Source: an uncultured Polyangiaceae bacterium (GTDB lineage: Bacteria; Myxococcota_A; Polyangia; Polyangiales; Polyangiaceae). Taken from it: 50,624 nucleotides of DNA. The stretch lies in NCBI GenBank assembly GCA_964488865.1, contig CAZAWR010000074.1, forward strand, positions 1 to 50,624, written 5' to 3'. Shown piece by piece: positions 8,560 through 17,903 of this stretch. A program made the translations under genes and the position numbers. The notes below the pieces were generated by a model. That model had not been told where the DNA came from. It made no database searches and worked only from the letters and a program-made list of their open reading frames with translations. Numbering within the stretch: the first letter of the stretch is position 1; every line of letters begins with the position of its first letter.

Positions 8560-9957
8560 TCAATCCGGCTGGAACAGCGTCTTCTGGGACCCGTCGATGT
8601 GATAGAACTTGCGGAACGGCGCGCGATCGAACGTGATCGCGCCGAAGGCGTTGACCACGATGGCAAACACGGCCGCGCTGTAGAACAGCCCTCCGAAGCG
8701 TCGTCCGCCGAGGGCTAGCAGAAGGACCAGCATCAGCGAGTAGTCGTTCGAGAACCGGTAGCCGAACTGCATCCAGCCCGTGTTCTGGTAGAGCAAGGTC
8801 AGCGAGGCCACGGCGGCCGTGGTGAGCGTGAGGACGACGACGAGCCAAGAGCCCTTCTTCGGCCACAGCACCCAGAGGTACAGGGGCGTGGTGACCCACA
8901 GGGCGAGACCGTGGGCGTTAATCTGCACGCCCGAGGGGACCTGGTTGAAGTAAGGCACGCTCGCGAGCACGACGCTCAGGTTGCGGCCCAGGTAGTGGTA
9001 GGAGAAGAGTCCCCACTTCTCGATGCGCCCGCGCCACGCGACGGTCAGGTGCTCGTGACCGAACTCGAAGGGGTTCCCGAAGCGGGCGTCGTTGTGCCAG
9101 AGGGCGAGGCCTAGCAGCGCGGCGAGGGGGATCGCGAACAGCACGCATCGCTTCAAGAAAGGCTTCCATTCGAGGACGCGCAGGGTCTCGTAGACCAAGG
9201 CGAGCTTCCCCCCTTGCACCGACGGGAAGCCCCCTCGCAGGCTCATGCGGAAGGCTTCGGCGGCAAAGAGCAAGCCCATCAGGAGCATGGGAGGGCGCGT
9301 GAGGAAGGCGAAGCCCAGCAGCATCCCCGCGAGGAAGGGGTTCCGTGCCTCGATCGCGGCGAGCAAGAAGAACGCGCCGACCGCCACCGCCACCACATGC
9401 GCGGCGAACCACACCGTGCCCTGGACCGCCGTGAACCAGTAGACGGTCCCGAACGCGAAGAGCAACGCGAGCACGAAGTTCGTCGCTTCGCCTCGCTCGC
9501 TGACCTTGCGTCGTCGGAGCCGCTCGAGCACGAGCCACAGGCCTGCCGGACCCACGCCAGCGAGCCAGAGATACGCCTGCCCATCACGAACGTTCTCCAC
9601 GGCTCCCCCGAGCTTGACCCAGGGCAAGAGCCACACGGCGGGGAAGGGCGGGAAGGAGACGAACCACTTGCCGTCCTTCTGCGCGAAGTCGTTGCCTCCT
9701 GCGTAGGGCGGGGGCGGCCCGCGCATGTCGAGCTGGCCGTGAAGCCACGAGTCCGCAAGCAGGGCGTAGTGGTTGTACGGGGTATGCTCGAGGATGCGGT
9801 CCCTCGCGCTCGTGGCGAAGAAGGCCGTCGTACAGATCGCGTAGAGCAGCGCGCCGAGCAGCAAGCGGCGCCGCAGAGAGTCCTTGGCCAACCATCGTCG
9901 CCGCAGCGGAACGCGGGGTGGTAGGACGGCGGGCTTGGGTTCGATCGGGTCCGTCAC
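8560..9957 (-). CDS. Polytopic membrane protein, possibly a GT-C-fold glycosyltransferase (ArnT/PMT-like)
   Basis: Contains 10 or more hydrophobic helices and is rich in W/F/Y. No catalytic motif was verified. Confidence 0.4.
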   Translation of the reverse strand: MTDPIEPKPAVLPPRVPLRRRWLAKDSLRRRLLLGALLYAICTTAFFATSARDRILEHTPYNHYALLADSWLHGQLDMRGPPPPYAGGNDFAQKDGKWFVSFPPFPAVWLLPWVKLGGAVENVRDGQAYLWLAGVGPAGLWLVLERLRRRKVSERGEATNFVLALLFAFGTVYWFTAVQGTVWFAAHVVAVAVGAFFLLAAIEARNPFLAGMLLGFAFLTRPPMLLMGLLFAAEAFRMSLRGGFPSVQGGKLALVYETLRVLEWKPFLKRCVLFAIPLAALLGLALWHNDARFGNPFEFGHEHLTVAWRGRIEKWGLFSYHYLGRNLSVVLASVPYFNQVPSGVQINAHGLALWVTTPLYLWVLWPKKGSWLVVVLTLTTAAVASLTLLYQNTGWMQFGYRFSNDYSLMLVLLLALGGRRFGGLFYSAAVFAIVVNAFGAITFDRAPFRKFYHIDGSQKTLFQPD

Positions 9958-10060
9958 GCTCCGACCTCGAGGCAGGAAGACCGTGGCGAGCAGGTCCTGG
10001 TGGACTCGACAGGGGTCATGACGGGCGGGACCCTAGTATTGGATGCATGAAATCGCTACG

Positions 10061-10164
10061 GGGTTGAGGCCCGGCGCCGCCGTTGGGCGAAGGCTCGCCA
10101 TCAACTAAACAGAATCACATTGATCCGTGCGGAAAACTAGGAAGAGGAACACGGAATGCGAATG
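10061..10164. repeat. Repeat family 2, copy 1 (GGGTTGAGGCCCGG...ATCAACTA...GAACACGGAATGnGAATG)
   Basis: Shares about 75% identity, with indels, with 14284-14369. Both copies sit between a minus-strand gene's stop and the next minus-strand gene's start. Confidence 0.7.
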
Positions 10165-10243
10165 CGAACGCCAGCGTGTCGCGGAGGGTGACCACGAAGC
10201 CTGCGGTGCGGAGCCCATTCTACCTTCCGTGTTCGGACCAGCG

Positions 10244-10522
10244 CTACTTGGCGACCTCACAGGAGTACTCACCGATGATGATGAAGGCGCGGCGGCAGGA
10301 GACTTCGACGGACTTGCCGGCGGCCTCGAAGGTGAAGGTCTGACCGAGGGGCGTACGGGACACGGAGGACTTGGCGTACTTGCAGTTGGTGACGTTCCAG
10401 CACACCGCCTTCTCTGCTTTTTCGATCACGACCTGGTTGTCGCCGAACACGTTGACCACGGTGGCCAGGGTGATGACGATGCACAGGGCGAGCACGATGA
10501 TGCTGGTGGCCTTCTTCTGCAC
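10244..10522 (-). CDS. Small secreted 4-Cys protein (hypothetical)
   Basis: Signal peptide MQKKATSIIVLALCIVITLATVVNVFG with a GTG start. GC3 is very high, which fits native coding, whereas the antisense ORFs look like junk. Confidence 0.5.
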   Translation of the reverse strand: MQKKATSIIVLALCIVITLATVVNVFGDNQVVIEKAEKAVCWNVTNCKYAKSSVSRTPLGQTFTFEAAGKSVEVSCRRAFIIIGEYSCEVAK

Positions 10523-10631
10523 GGGGTCAGTCTATCCGAACCGCCCGTGGGGGCGTCAACGGCCGACCGCGCGAAAGGGGTGTTTCCTCGATTGCTCGGA
10601 CCCTCTCCAGCCGCTATGCTCCTCCGTCCTC

Positions 10632-11237
10632 ATGGCCCCCCGGTTTGTCTATACCATCAAGGATCTCGAAAACGGCGTACGCGAAGTGCGCGAGCCGTTG
10701 CCTCCTCCGTGGCTCGCCAAGATCCTCGAGGACACGGACGTGACCGCCCCGTCCCCGGTAGACGGCCTGCTGGAGGCTTCCCTCACGATGGCCGGACGGA
10801 ACGTTCTCGTGCGCGGCACGGTGCGGGTCACGGTCGTCATTCCTTGCGCGCGGTGCCTTCAGCCCGCCACCTTCCCCGTCGAGGGAGAGCTGGCCTTGTT
10901 GCTCGTCCCGGACAAGCCTCCCAAGGGCAAGTCCCCGAATACCAAGGGCAACGGGGAGAAGAAGCAGCGAAGTCGTGCGGTCGAGGGCGATGACGACGGC
11001 TACCAAATCGAGCCCGGCGAGACCGAGGTGGACACGTTCACGGGCGACGAGGTGGTCCTCGACGGCTTCGTTCGCGAGGCAATCCTGCTGGAGTTGCCCA
11101 TCTTCCCCTTGTGTTCCGAGGCATGTCCGGGTATCGGTGCGCTTCCCTCCGAGACCGCAGTGCCGGCGACCGAGGAATCACAGATCGACCCCAGGTTGGC
11201 TCCCCTGTTGGAGCTGAAGAACAAGAGCAAAGTCTAA
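10632..11237 (+). CDS. yceD: YceD/DUF177 family protein (rRNA large-subunit accumulation protein)
   Basis: Cys pairs CARC...CSEAC and the conserved position directly upstream of rpmF. Start taken at MAPRFVYTI. Confidence 0.7.
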   Translation: MAPRFVYTIKDLENGVREVREPLPPPWLAKILEDTDVTAPSPVDGLLEASLTMAGRNVLVRGTVRVTVVIPCARCLQPATFPVEGELALLLVPDKPPKGKSPNTKGNGEKKQRSRAVEGDDDGYQIEPGETEVDTFTGDEVVLDGFVREAILLELPIFPLCSEACPGIGALPSETAVPATEESQIDPRLAPLLELKNKSKV

Positions 11238-11247
11238 GGAGTTCGCC

Positions 11248-11445
11248 GTGGCAGTCCCCAAGCGACGTACCAGCGCTTCGAAACGCGACATGCGCAGGGC
11301 AGCGAACGTGAAGATCGTCGCCCCCAACGTGGTCCCTTGCCCCAACTGTGGAGAGCCGTCCCTTCCGCACCGGATCTGTCCGTCCTGCGGGCACTACAAG
11401 GGTCGAGAAGTCATCGCGAAGACGGTCGAAGAGACCGAAGAGTAG
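11248..11445 (+). CDS. rpmF: 50S ribosomal protein L32
   Basis: [18 protein letters not shown]...CPNCGE...CPSCG. Confidence 0.95.
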   Translation: MAVPKRRTSASKRDMRRAANVKIVAPNVVPCPNCGEPSLPHRICPSCGHYKGREVIAKTVEETEE

Positions 11446-11767
11446 CCCGCTTCCCCGCTTCCCCGCCCCATCCGGAGCGTCCACCGTCGGTGCAAGCCGA
11501 GACGGTGACGTGTGCCCCGGCATTTCTCAGGTAGGACCCCACCCCAACGGTCTCAGGAGCGGTTCGAGGGTGGTTTGGACCCCAAACCAACGCGCTTAGC
11601 ATCGGTTCGGGGTGGTCTGGACCCGGTTACCCCGGCCTGCCAGCCGATGACTCACCCTGTGCCAGGCGGCCCAATCGTTAAGACTGTCACGGCGACGCGA
11701 ACGCGGCGCACCCGTCCGTCATCCAAGCAGGTAAGATGTTTCCAGGACCTGGGAGGCGAACGTGTGC

Positions 11768-11783
11768 TGGCACGCGATTCGCT
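11768..11783 (+). promoter_or_regulatory. Possible sigma-54 (-24/-12) promoter, TGGCACGCGATTCGCT
   Basis: One mismatch from the TGGCACG-N4-TTGC consensus. It sits about 14 bp upstream of the ATG at 11797. Confidence 0.3.
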
Positions 11784-11796
11784 TGAGTCTCCGACC

Positions 11797-12747
11797 ATGA
11801 CAAAATGGGCGCACATCTCGACGGCTCTGATTCTGGTGCTTGCCTCCACCGAGGCAGCAGCCCAAACAGGTCCCGGGTCGCCCTTCATGCCGGGCGGCCC
11901 CCTCGCCCCCTGGGTGGGTCCCTTGCCTTACCCCAACGTGGCGCCACCGAACGTCGCACCTCAGCCTGCACCTCAGCCTGCAGCTCAGCCTGCAGCTCAG
12001 CCTGCAGCTCAGCCTGCTGCGCCTCAGCCTGCCGCGCTTCCACCGACCGCCGCACCGGCCGCCCCCATGCCGGGCCCCATGGCTTTCCAAGCAGCGCAAC
12101 CCCAGCCCTTCGGCCCCTCCGCCTACGCACCCATGCCGGGCCAAGAGGGCGGCTTCGGCAACCCCGCCCAGCCCTCCTATTCCTACGGCCCTACCCCTCC
12201 CCCCACTGACGAGCCGTGGAAGCCCGTCACCCGGGACCGAGACCGCAAGACGTACGTCGCCGTCACAGGCAACCCCGCCCTCACCGTCGTGGGCAAGACC
12301 AGCGGACGCCTCGAAGTCGCGCCGCTCGCGGCCCATGCGGTCTTCGCAGAGGTCAGCCGCCTGTCCTTCTTCATCAGCGAGTTGAACCGCAAGATCACGG
12401 GCACGGAGATCGACGTCGGCTATCACCTGTTCCCGCAAGGACAGGGAGCCCGCGGCTTCTACCTCGGTCCGCGGTACCTGTCCGGAAGCGGTGATATCCC
12501 GGAAGCGTCGTGGGAGTTCAAGGGGTTCGGCGGCGACCTCGGATACCAGTGGGTCATCGCGAACCACCTGGTATTCAACCTCGGCGCGGGCATCGCACGG
12601 ATCGAAGGGAAGGCCGACCTCAAAGAGGATGCCTACGACCTTCCGGAGGGGATCGATCAGGAAGACCTCGGCGCCTTCTCGCTCTCGTCGCAGGAGGAGG
12701 CGTTCTGGGTTCCGATGCTGACGCTGGGTTTGGGGCTGGCGATCTAG
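11797..12747 (+). CDS. Secreted protein with a Pro/Ala/Gln-rich repeat (APQPAAQPAAQPAA...) and a C-terminal beta-rich domain
   Basis: Signal peptide MTKWAHISTALILVLASTEAAAQ. The longer ORF start at 11512 is rejected. Confidence 0.5.
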   Translation: MTKWAHISTALILVLASTEAAAQTGPGSPFMPGGPLAPWVGPLPYPNVAPPNVAPQPAPQPAAQPAAQPAAQPAAPQPAALPPTAAPAAPMPGPMAFQAAQPQPFGPSAYAPMPGQEGGFGNPAQPSYSYGPTPPPTDEPWKPVTRDRDRKTYVAVTGNPALTVVGKTSGRLEVAPLAAHAVFAEVSRLSFFISELNRKITGTEIDVGYHLFPQGQGARGFYLGPRYLSGSGDIPEASWEFKGFGGDLGYQWVIANHLVFNLGAGIARIEGKADLKEDAYDLPEGIDQEDLGAFSLSSQEEAFWVPMLTLGLGLAI

Positions 12748-12980
12748 CTGTGTTGATATCCCGATGTGGACTCTTCACGGAGCTGCATGACACCGGGATC
12801 CTCGAGTAGATCCCGTACGCGGGCCAAAGAGCCCACGGCAATGCTGGGGAAGCCCGCCGTGGCGGGCTTCGAACGATACACCTTGTCCAACAGTGTCATC
12901 GAGTCCTGCTGGCCCATGCTATCCCGGTGGAGTTCGAGGAGTCCTCACAGGGAGCCAGAAAGCACCAAACAACCCTCTGC

Positions 12981-13013
12981 CTTCTGTGCTCTCTGCGACC
13001 TCTGTGGTTTCTC
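12981..13013. repeat. Repeat family 1 element (CTTCTGTGCTCTCTGCGACCTCTGTGGTTTCTC)
   Basis: Matches 3148-3178, 3273-3304 and 14460-14492. It lies about 40 bp 3' of the rhomboid gene's stop. Confidence 0.75.
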
Positions 13014-13049
13014 TTCCGGCGCGGGCAAGGTCCGTTTGGCGCCTTTCCA

Positions 13050-13769
13050 TCACCCAGCAAGGTAGTTGCGCGCGGCGAACACGACGCTCACCACCATCAC
13101 GATCACGCCGACCGCGCCGCCTGCCATGCCTACCTTGCGAACGACGTCCGGCCGCTGCTTGAGCGCCGCTGCGATCAGAGCACACAGCGCGCCTCCCACG
13201 ATGCCACCCGCGTGGCCCCAGTTGTCGAAGCCCGCCACCACGCCGAGGGCCAGGGCAAAGACCAGCCACTGCACGAGCACGTTGCGCGAGAACCCGGCGA
13301 GCCGCGGGGCGAGGTAGCTGATCGCGGCGGCCATCGCCACGAGACCGAAGATGCCCCCCGAAGCGCCGATGGCCACGACGTTGGAGGGATTCGCGTACGC
13401 GGACAGGGCACTGCCCGTGATGCCGGAGAACACAAAAGGCCCCAGCACCCAGCCCGGCCCCAGCGTCCTTTCGATCGCGGACCCGATGATGAGCATCGCG
13501 TACGTGTTGAACGCGATATGCAACAATCCACCGTGCATCAACGCGGCCGTCACCAGACGCCAGAGTTCGCCTTGCCCGAGCGTGAGCACAGGCGCGTTGC
13601 CCCCAAGCTCACCCAAGGTCCGGGGCGTGATGTTCCAGAGCCCCCCGCCGTCTACGTAGGACTCGATGAGGAACACCACCCCGAACACCACGCACAACGC
13701 GAGGGTGACAGGTCCGTACTGCGATGGCTGGCGGATGCGGGCTCGTGCGTTTTGGTTTTCGTAGCTCAT
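13050..13769 (-). CDS. Rhomboid-family intramembrane serine protease
   Basis: GASGGIFG places the catalytic Ser in a GxSG motif, with a downstream His (GHAGG) and multiple transmembrane helices. Start could be 13769 or 13802. Confidence 0.8.
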   Translation of the reverse strand: MSYENQNARARIRQPSQYGPVTLALCVVFGVVFLIESYVDGGGLWNITPRTLGELGGNAPVLTLGQGELWRLVTAALMHGGLLHIAFNTYAMLIIGSAIERTLGPGWVLGPFVFSGITGSALSAYANPSNVVAIGASGGIFGLVAMAAAISYLAPRLAGFSRNVLVQWLVFALALGVVAGFDNWGHAGGIVGGALCALIAAALKQRPDVVRKVGMAGGAVGVIVMVVSVVFAARNYLAG

Positions 13770-13822
13770 GCGACCGCCGTCAACCTGGGCCGTATCGCCC
13801 ATGGCCGCAAGGTGTTTCGACC

Positions 13823-14206
13823 TCAGCGTCGCTCCAAGACGCCGCTCCCCCACGTCCCCGGCTCGTGCCCGATGGCGACCCACGCCGCGAGCAACCGACC
13901 CCTGTCGTCGGCATCGAGCACCCCATCATCCCGGTCACACCAAGCCTTGGCCTCGGCGAGCCATCGCTCCGCAGACTCCGCGTCGCCCAGGGACAGGTGC
14001 GTCAAGCCGCGATACAGCGCGTAGCGTGCCCGGGTGCGGGGCACCTCGCTCCCCCCGCTCGCCTCCGCTTCGAGCAAATGATCCATGGCCTGAGCGGGCG
14101 CCCCCGCATGGTAGGACCGCACCCCGCGCGACAACGGCGACGAGCAACCGATCGAGATCCCGCACGCGAGCAAGGCGAAGAGCAACATCTTCCAACGCAT
14201 GTCCAT
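13823..14206 (-). CDS. Lipoprotein (hypothetical)
   Basis: MDMRWKMLLFALLACGISIGC fits a lipobox. The gene lies upstream of the rhomboid gene on the same strand. Confidence 0.5.
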   Translation of the reverse strand: MDMRWKMLLFALLACGISIGCSSPLSRGVRSYHAGAPAQAMDHLLEAEASGGSEVPRTRARYALYRGLTHLSLGDAESAERWLAEAKAWCDRDDGVLDADDRGRLLAAWVAIGHEPGTWGSGVLERR

Positions 14207-14283
14207 CCTTCGGACAATGGGGACGGTTGGTTGCGAACAAAGTTGCAGGAGGGCGCCGAAACCTCGAGTGGTGAACAAGTGCT

Positions 14284-14369
14284 GGGTTGAGGCCCGGGGC
14301 CGACGATGGGCGGATGCCGGACATCAACTAGGAGCTGAGAACAGGAATTCGAACACGGAATGTAGAATG
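14284..14369. repeat. Repeat family 2, copy 2
   Basis: See 10061-10164. Confidence 0.7.
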
Positions 14370-14438
14370 CCCCGGCCATTCAGGGAATCTCCCGACGCGG
14401 TGCCCGTTCTTAGGACCGTCCCGCACCGCACTCCCGCG

Positions 14439-14505
14439 CTGCCAACCTCCGCACCAACCCTTCTGTGCTCTCTGCGACTTCTGTGGATTCTCCTCCGGCT
14501 CGGGC
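14439..14505. repeat. Repeat family 1, composite copy (CTGCCAACCTCCGCACCAACCC + CTTCTGTGCTCTCTGCGACTTCTGTGGATTCTC + CTCCGGCTCGGGCTC)
   Basis: The three sub-blocks occur dispersed across 3148-3455 and fused here. This copy lies immediately 3' of the kinase gene that ends at 14506. Confidence 0.75.
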
Positions 14506-16167
14506 TCACTTCGGCGGAGGCACCGAAGGACCGCCACCCACCGGCCGCCCCCACGGGTGCCGCTTCAAGATCGCCCAGCCTCGCTTCTGGATCTGCGGGT
14601 CGAGCCTCCCTTCGGTGGCAGCACGCAAACAGGCCGCGAACTCCTCCACGGTCGCAAACCGGTCGTCTCGACGCTTCGCCATGCCGATCGCGAGCACGAG
14701 CTCCACGTCGATCGGGATCCGCACGTAGTCGCTCGGGCTCGGAGGCTGAAGGTGAAGAACATCGTACAGGACATTGCCGACGTCGGTGCCTGAGAGCGGA
14801 GGGACGCCGGTGATGGCTCGGTAGGCGATGGCCGCGAGGGCGTAGAGGTCGGCCTGGTGGTCCACCTCGGGTCCGACGATCTGCTCGGGAGCCATGTAGG
14901 ACGGCGTTCCCACGGCCATCTCCCCGGTGAGCGAGCTCGTGAGCTCGACGATCTTCGAGAGGCCGAAGTCGAGCACCTTCCAAGTACGCGGGATGGTGTC
15001 CGTGAGGAAGAGGTTGCCTGGCTTGAGGTCCCTGTGGACGATGCCAGCGTCCCGCACGGCAGCTAGCGCGGTAGCGACCTGCTCGCACAGGCTCGCGACC
15101 TCGCCGAGGGCAAGCCGGCCGCTGCGCCGCAGATGCCAGCCCAGATCGTGGCCTTCCAGAAGCTCCATCACAAGGTAGGGGACGCCGGCCTCGGTCTCCG
15201 CAAGCTCGTACACGCGCGGGACGTGTGCGGTGTCGACGGCCGAAGCAGCCTGGGCCTCCCTTGCGAACCGCAGCACGTTCTCTTCGTGCTCCATCATGGC
15301 CGGGTGTAGCAGCTTGACGGCAACGGGCATGCCGCTCGGGTCGACGGCACTGTAGACGTCGCCCATCGCGCCGCGCCCGAGCATCTCTCCGAGCTCGTAC
15401 TTGCCGATCATGCCGCCGACGTAGCGACCGCGCGTCGCGCCTTCCACGCGGGCCAACTCGCCCTGCGCCTCGGCGAGCAGGGCATCCTTCTTCTGGATCT
15501 GAAGGTTCGCGTCGCGGACCCTCTCGACGGCGCGCTCGCCTTCCTTCCGGGTGCTTCGGGCGAGATAGAAGATCAACCCGAAGTTGACCTGCGACATGAT
15601 CACCTGGAACCACGGGGTGAAAGGGTCCGTGGCTCGCACGTGAAAGAGGCTGAGGTCGGGGATGACCCCGGACGCCACGCCCACCGACACGATCAGGTAG
15701 ACGATCGCGACCGTCGCGTAGACGGAGCGAGCCACGAGCGAGCTGTGGCTGGTGCCGTAGAAGTAGACCGCCAAAGCCAGCAACATGGCGCCCGCGGAGA
15801 ACACACCGATGTAATAGATGATGACCGTGCCGATCAGGACGCCGACAGTGCCGATGCCTGCGGCCACTCCGCGCGTGTACCGGTGTGGCGTGCGAAGCAG
15901 GACGAGCGCGATGCCGGACACGAGAATGACGCCCAGACAAGCGATGGCGTTCAGGGCGCGCAGCCAGGGGTCCCCGGCCAGCAGAGGCGTGAAGCCGCCT
16001 GTGGCGGCCACGATCACGAGGACCGCGAGATAGAACACGCGCGATCGGCTGACCTCCTCGGCGTGAAACACAGCGGCGATGTTCACGCCGGGGCGAGATT
16101 CGGCAGGTCCGGCGGACACGACCGAAGCGAACGGCGGAACGGCGTGCTCGTGGTGGATCGCTGTCAT
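14506..16167 (-). CDS. Ser/Thr protein kinase with an N-terminal polytopic membrane domain
   Basis: About 6 transmembrane helices and a coiled coil precede a C-terminal Hanks kinase domain (VAVKLL, HRDLKPGN, DFG, APE). Start taken at MTAIHHEH. Confidence 0.8.
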   Translation of the reverse strand: MTAIHHEHAVPPFASVVSAGPAESRPGVNIAAVFHAEEVSRSRVFYLAVLVIVAATGGFTPLLAGDPWLRALNAIACLGVILVSGIALVLLRTPHRYTRGVAAGIGTVGVLIGTVIIYYIGVFSAGAMLLALAVYFYGTSHSSLVARSVYATVAIVYLIVSVGVASGVIPDLSLFHVRATDPFTPWFQVIMSQVNFGLIFYLARSTRKEGERAVERVRDANLQIQKKDALLAEAQGELARVEGATRGRYVGGMIGKYELGEMLGRGAMGDVYSAVDPSGMPVAVKLLHPAMMEHEENVLRFAREAQAASAVDTAHVPRVYELAETEAGVPYLVMELLEGHDLGWHLRRSGRLALGEVASLCEQVATALAAVRDAGIVHRDLKPGNLFLTDTIPRTWKVLDFGLSKIVELTSSLTGEMAVGTPSYMAPEQIVGPEVDHQADLYALAAIAYRAITGVPPLSGTDVGNVLYDVLHLQPPSPSDYVRIPIDVELVLAIGMAKRRDDRFATVEEFAACLRAATEGRLDPQIQKRGWAILKRHPWGRPVGGGPSVPPPK

Positions 16168-16331
16168 GACGGCTCGTCGCTGGACCGGGTGTCGGTCGTT
16201 GGGCAATCCGCCCCGGTGTCCTCCCGGCCACCGATCTTGGGGCAACCGGGTCGCGAATCCTAGCGAAATGGGCTGCGGAGCCAGAACCGACTGTCGAGGG
16301 GTCAGAGCCGGCCAAGCCGGCCAGGCCAGAG

Positions 16332-17741
16332 TCAGAACCGAGTGTCGAAGGGGTCCGAACCAGCCGGGGCCGCGGTAACAGGAGGTGTCGAACGCACCGG
16401 TGGCGTGCGCCGCGAGGACACGGTCGCGGCGGGAGGGACGTTCACCGGGGAGACCGAAGGGACAGCAGCCGAATCGACTGCCCTGGTGCTCGCCGTGACA
16501 ACGGGAGACACGTCGTGCGAAGCGGAAGGCGACGGCGCTTGCACAGAGGAAGCGGGAGGCACGGTGTCGGGAGCGGGTCGCGCGCGATGGCGGTAGAGGC
16601 CCCACGCCAACCAGCAGGCCACGAGTCCTCCGAGAACCCCCAAGACGATCCATACTCGCGGCGACCGCTTCTCGGGGGGTTGGGGCGACGTGGCGGGCTC
16701 GGAAGCCTCCTTCGCCTGGGCGGCCCTCGTCATGCTCCGATACCGGACGAGGCTGGCAGACGAGCCCTCCCCCGGTCGAGCCACCGACGGCGGCCTGAAG
16801 CGCTTGCCGGTCTCGGAGCGCTCGAGCGTGTCCGCCACCGCCCTGGCAAGCGGCCCGAAGGCCTCTCCTCCCACGGAAGCCAAATCAGCCGCCAACTTCC
16901 CCACGTCGGGTGTGCGTCGTGACAGGTCCCGGGTGAGGCAACGCAGGATGACCGCTTCGAGCGCCGGGTCGACGTCCGGATTTTGCTCGCGCAAGGGCGG
17001 GATGTTGCGACCTTCGGCGACCTGGAGGATGAGCTTGGAGGTGGACTTCTCACGAAAAGGCGGCGCCCCCGCCAGCATCTCGTAAAGGATCACGCCGAGC
17101 GACCAGATGTCCGCGCGATGGTCGACGGTTTCCGCACTGCTGACCTGCTCAGGCGCCATGTACCGAGGCGATCCAATGAGCGTCCCTTCGGCCGTCAGGT
17201 CCTCCGCGGTCAGGTCACGCAGCTTCGACAGCCCGAAGTCGACGATCTTGACCAGGTCGGAGCCGTCGACGTCCTGCGTGATGAACAGGTTTGCGGGCTT
17301 GAGGTCACGGTGGACGATGTTGCGTCGATGGGCATCGGCCAGGCCCTGGCACGTCTGGATTCCGTAGCGAATGACGACGGGCACGTCGAGCTGCTCTTGC
17401 CTCTTGAGCTTCGCGCGGAGGGACTCTCCCACGAGCAGCTCCATGACCAGGAACGGGTGTCCTTGCTCGTCCACGCCGAAGTCGTTCAACCGCACCACGT
17501 GGCGTCCCCGAAGCTTCGCAGTGACGCGCGCCTCGCGGAGGAACCTCGCCCTGAAGTGCTCCTCGTTGCCCTTCGCGACCGAGAGGAACTTCACGGCAAC
17601 GGGCTCGTCGAGGAAGATGTGGCGGGCCACCACGACCACACCCATGCTGCCACGCTCGAGCAAGGACTCGACGCGATACCGCCCATCGATGACCGTTCCC
17701 GGTTCGACGATGGTGGCAGGTGTCGACGGACCTTCTGTCAT
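16332..17741 (-). CDS. Ser/Thr protein kinase: N-terminal kinase, Pro/Ser-rich linker, one transmembrane helix and an extracytoplasmic tail ending DPFDTRF
   Basis: VAVKFL, HRDLKPAN, DFGLS and SPRYMAPE are present. It is a paralogue of 21154..22581. Confidence 0.85.
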   Translation of the reverse strand: MTEGPSTPATIVEPGTVIDGRYRVESLLERGSMGVVVVARHIFLDEPVAVKFLSVAKGNEEHFRARFLREARVTAKLRGRHVVRLNDFGVDEQGHPFLVMELLVGESLRAKLKRQEQLDVPVVIRYGIQTCQGLADAHRRNIVHRDLKPANLFITQDVDGSDLVKIVDFGLSKLRDLTAEDLTAEGTLIGSPRYMAPEQVSSAETVDHRADIWSLGVILYEMLAGAPPFREKSTSKLILQVAEGRNIPPLREQNPDVDPALEAVILRCLTRDLSRRTPDVGKLAADLASVGGEAFGPLARAVADTLERSETGKRFRPPSVARPGEGSSASLVRYRSMTRAAQAKEASEPATSPQPPEKRSPRVWIVLGVLGGLVACWLAWGLYRHRARPAPDTVPPASSVQAPSPSASHDVSPVVTASTRAVDSAAVPSVSPVNVPPAATVSSRRTPPVRSTPPVTAAPAGSDPFDTRF

Positions 17742-17903
17742 CCAGCCATCCTATCTTCAAATCAAGCGCTGTTCGAAGAACGTGCTTGATTTGGGGCTAT
17801 CCAAGCCGAAGGCGAGGCGTTTTGGGGTGAGCCGCGATGAGCGCGGCGAGGGGGCTTTGCGAAAGCCCCCTTAGAAAAGCAGCGCGGAGCGCTCGACTTG
17901 GGG

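Noticed and set aside
10127-10993. 288-aa plus-strand ORF
   Set aside because: It is antisense to the small secreted protein gene and overlaps the yceD upstream region. The sequence is Gly/Asp/Arg-rich junk.
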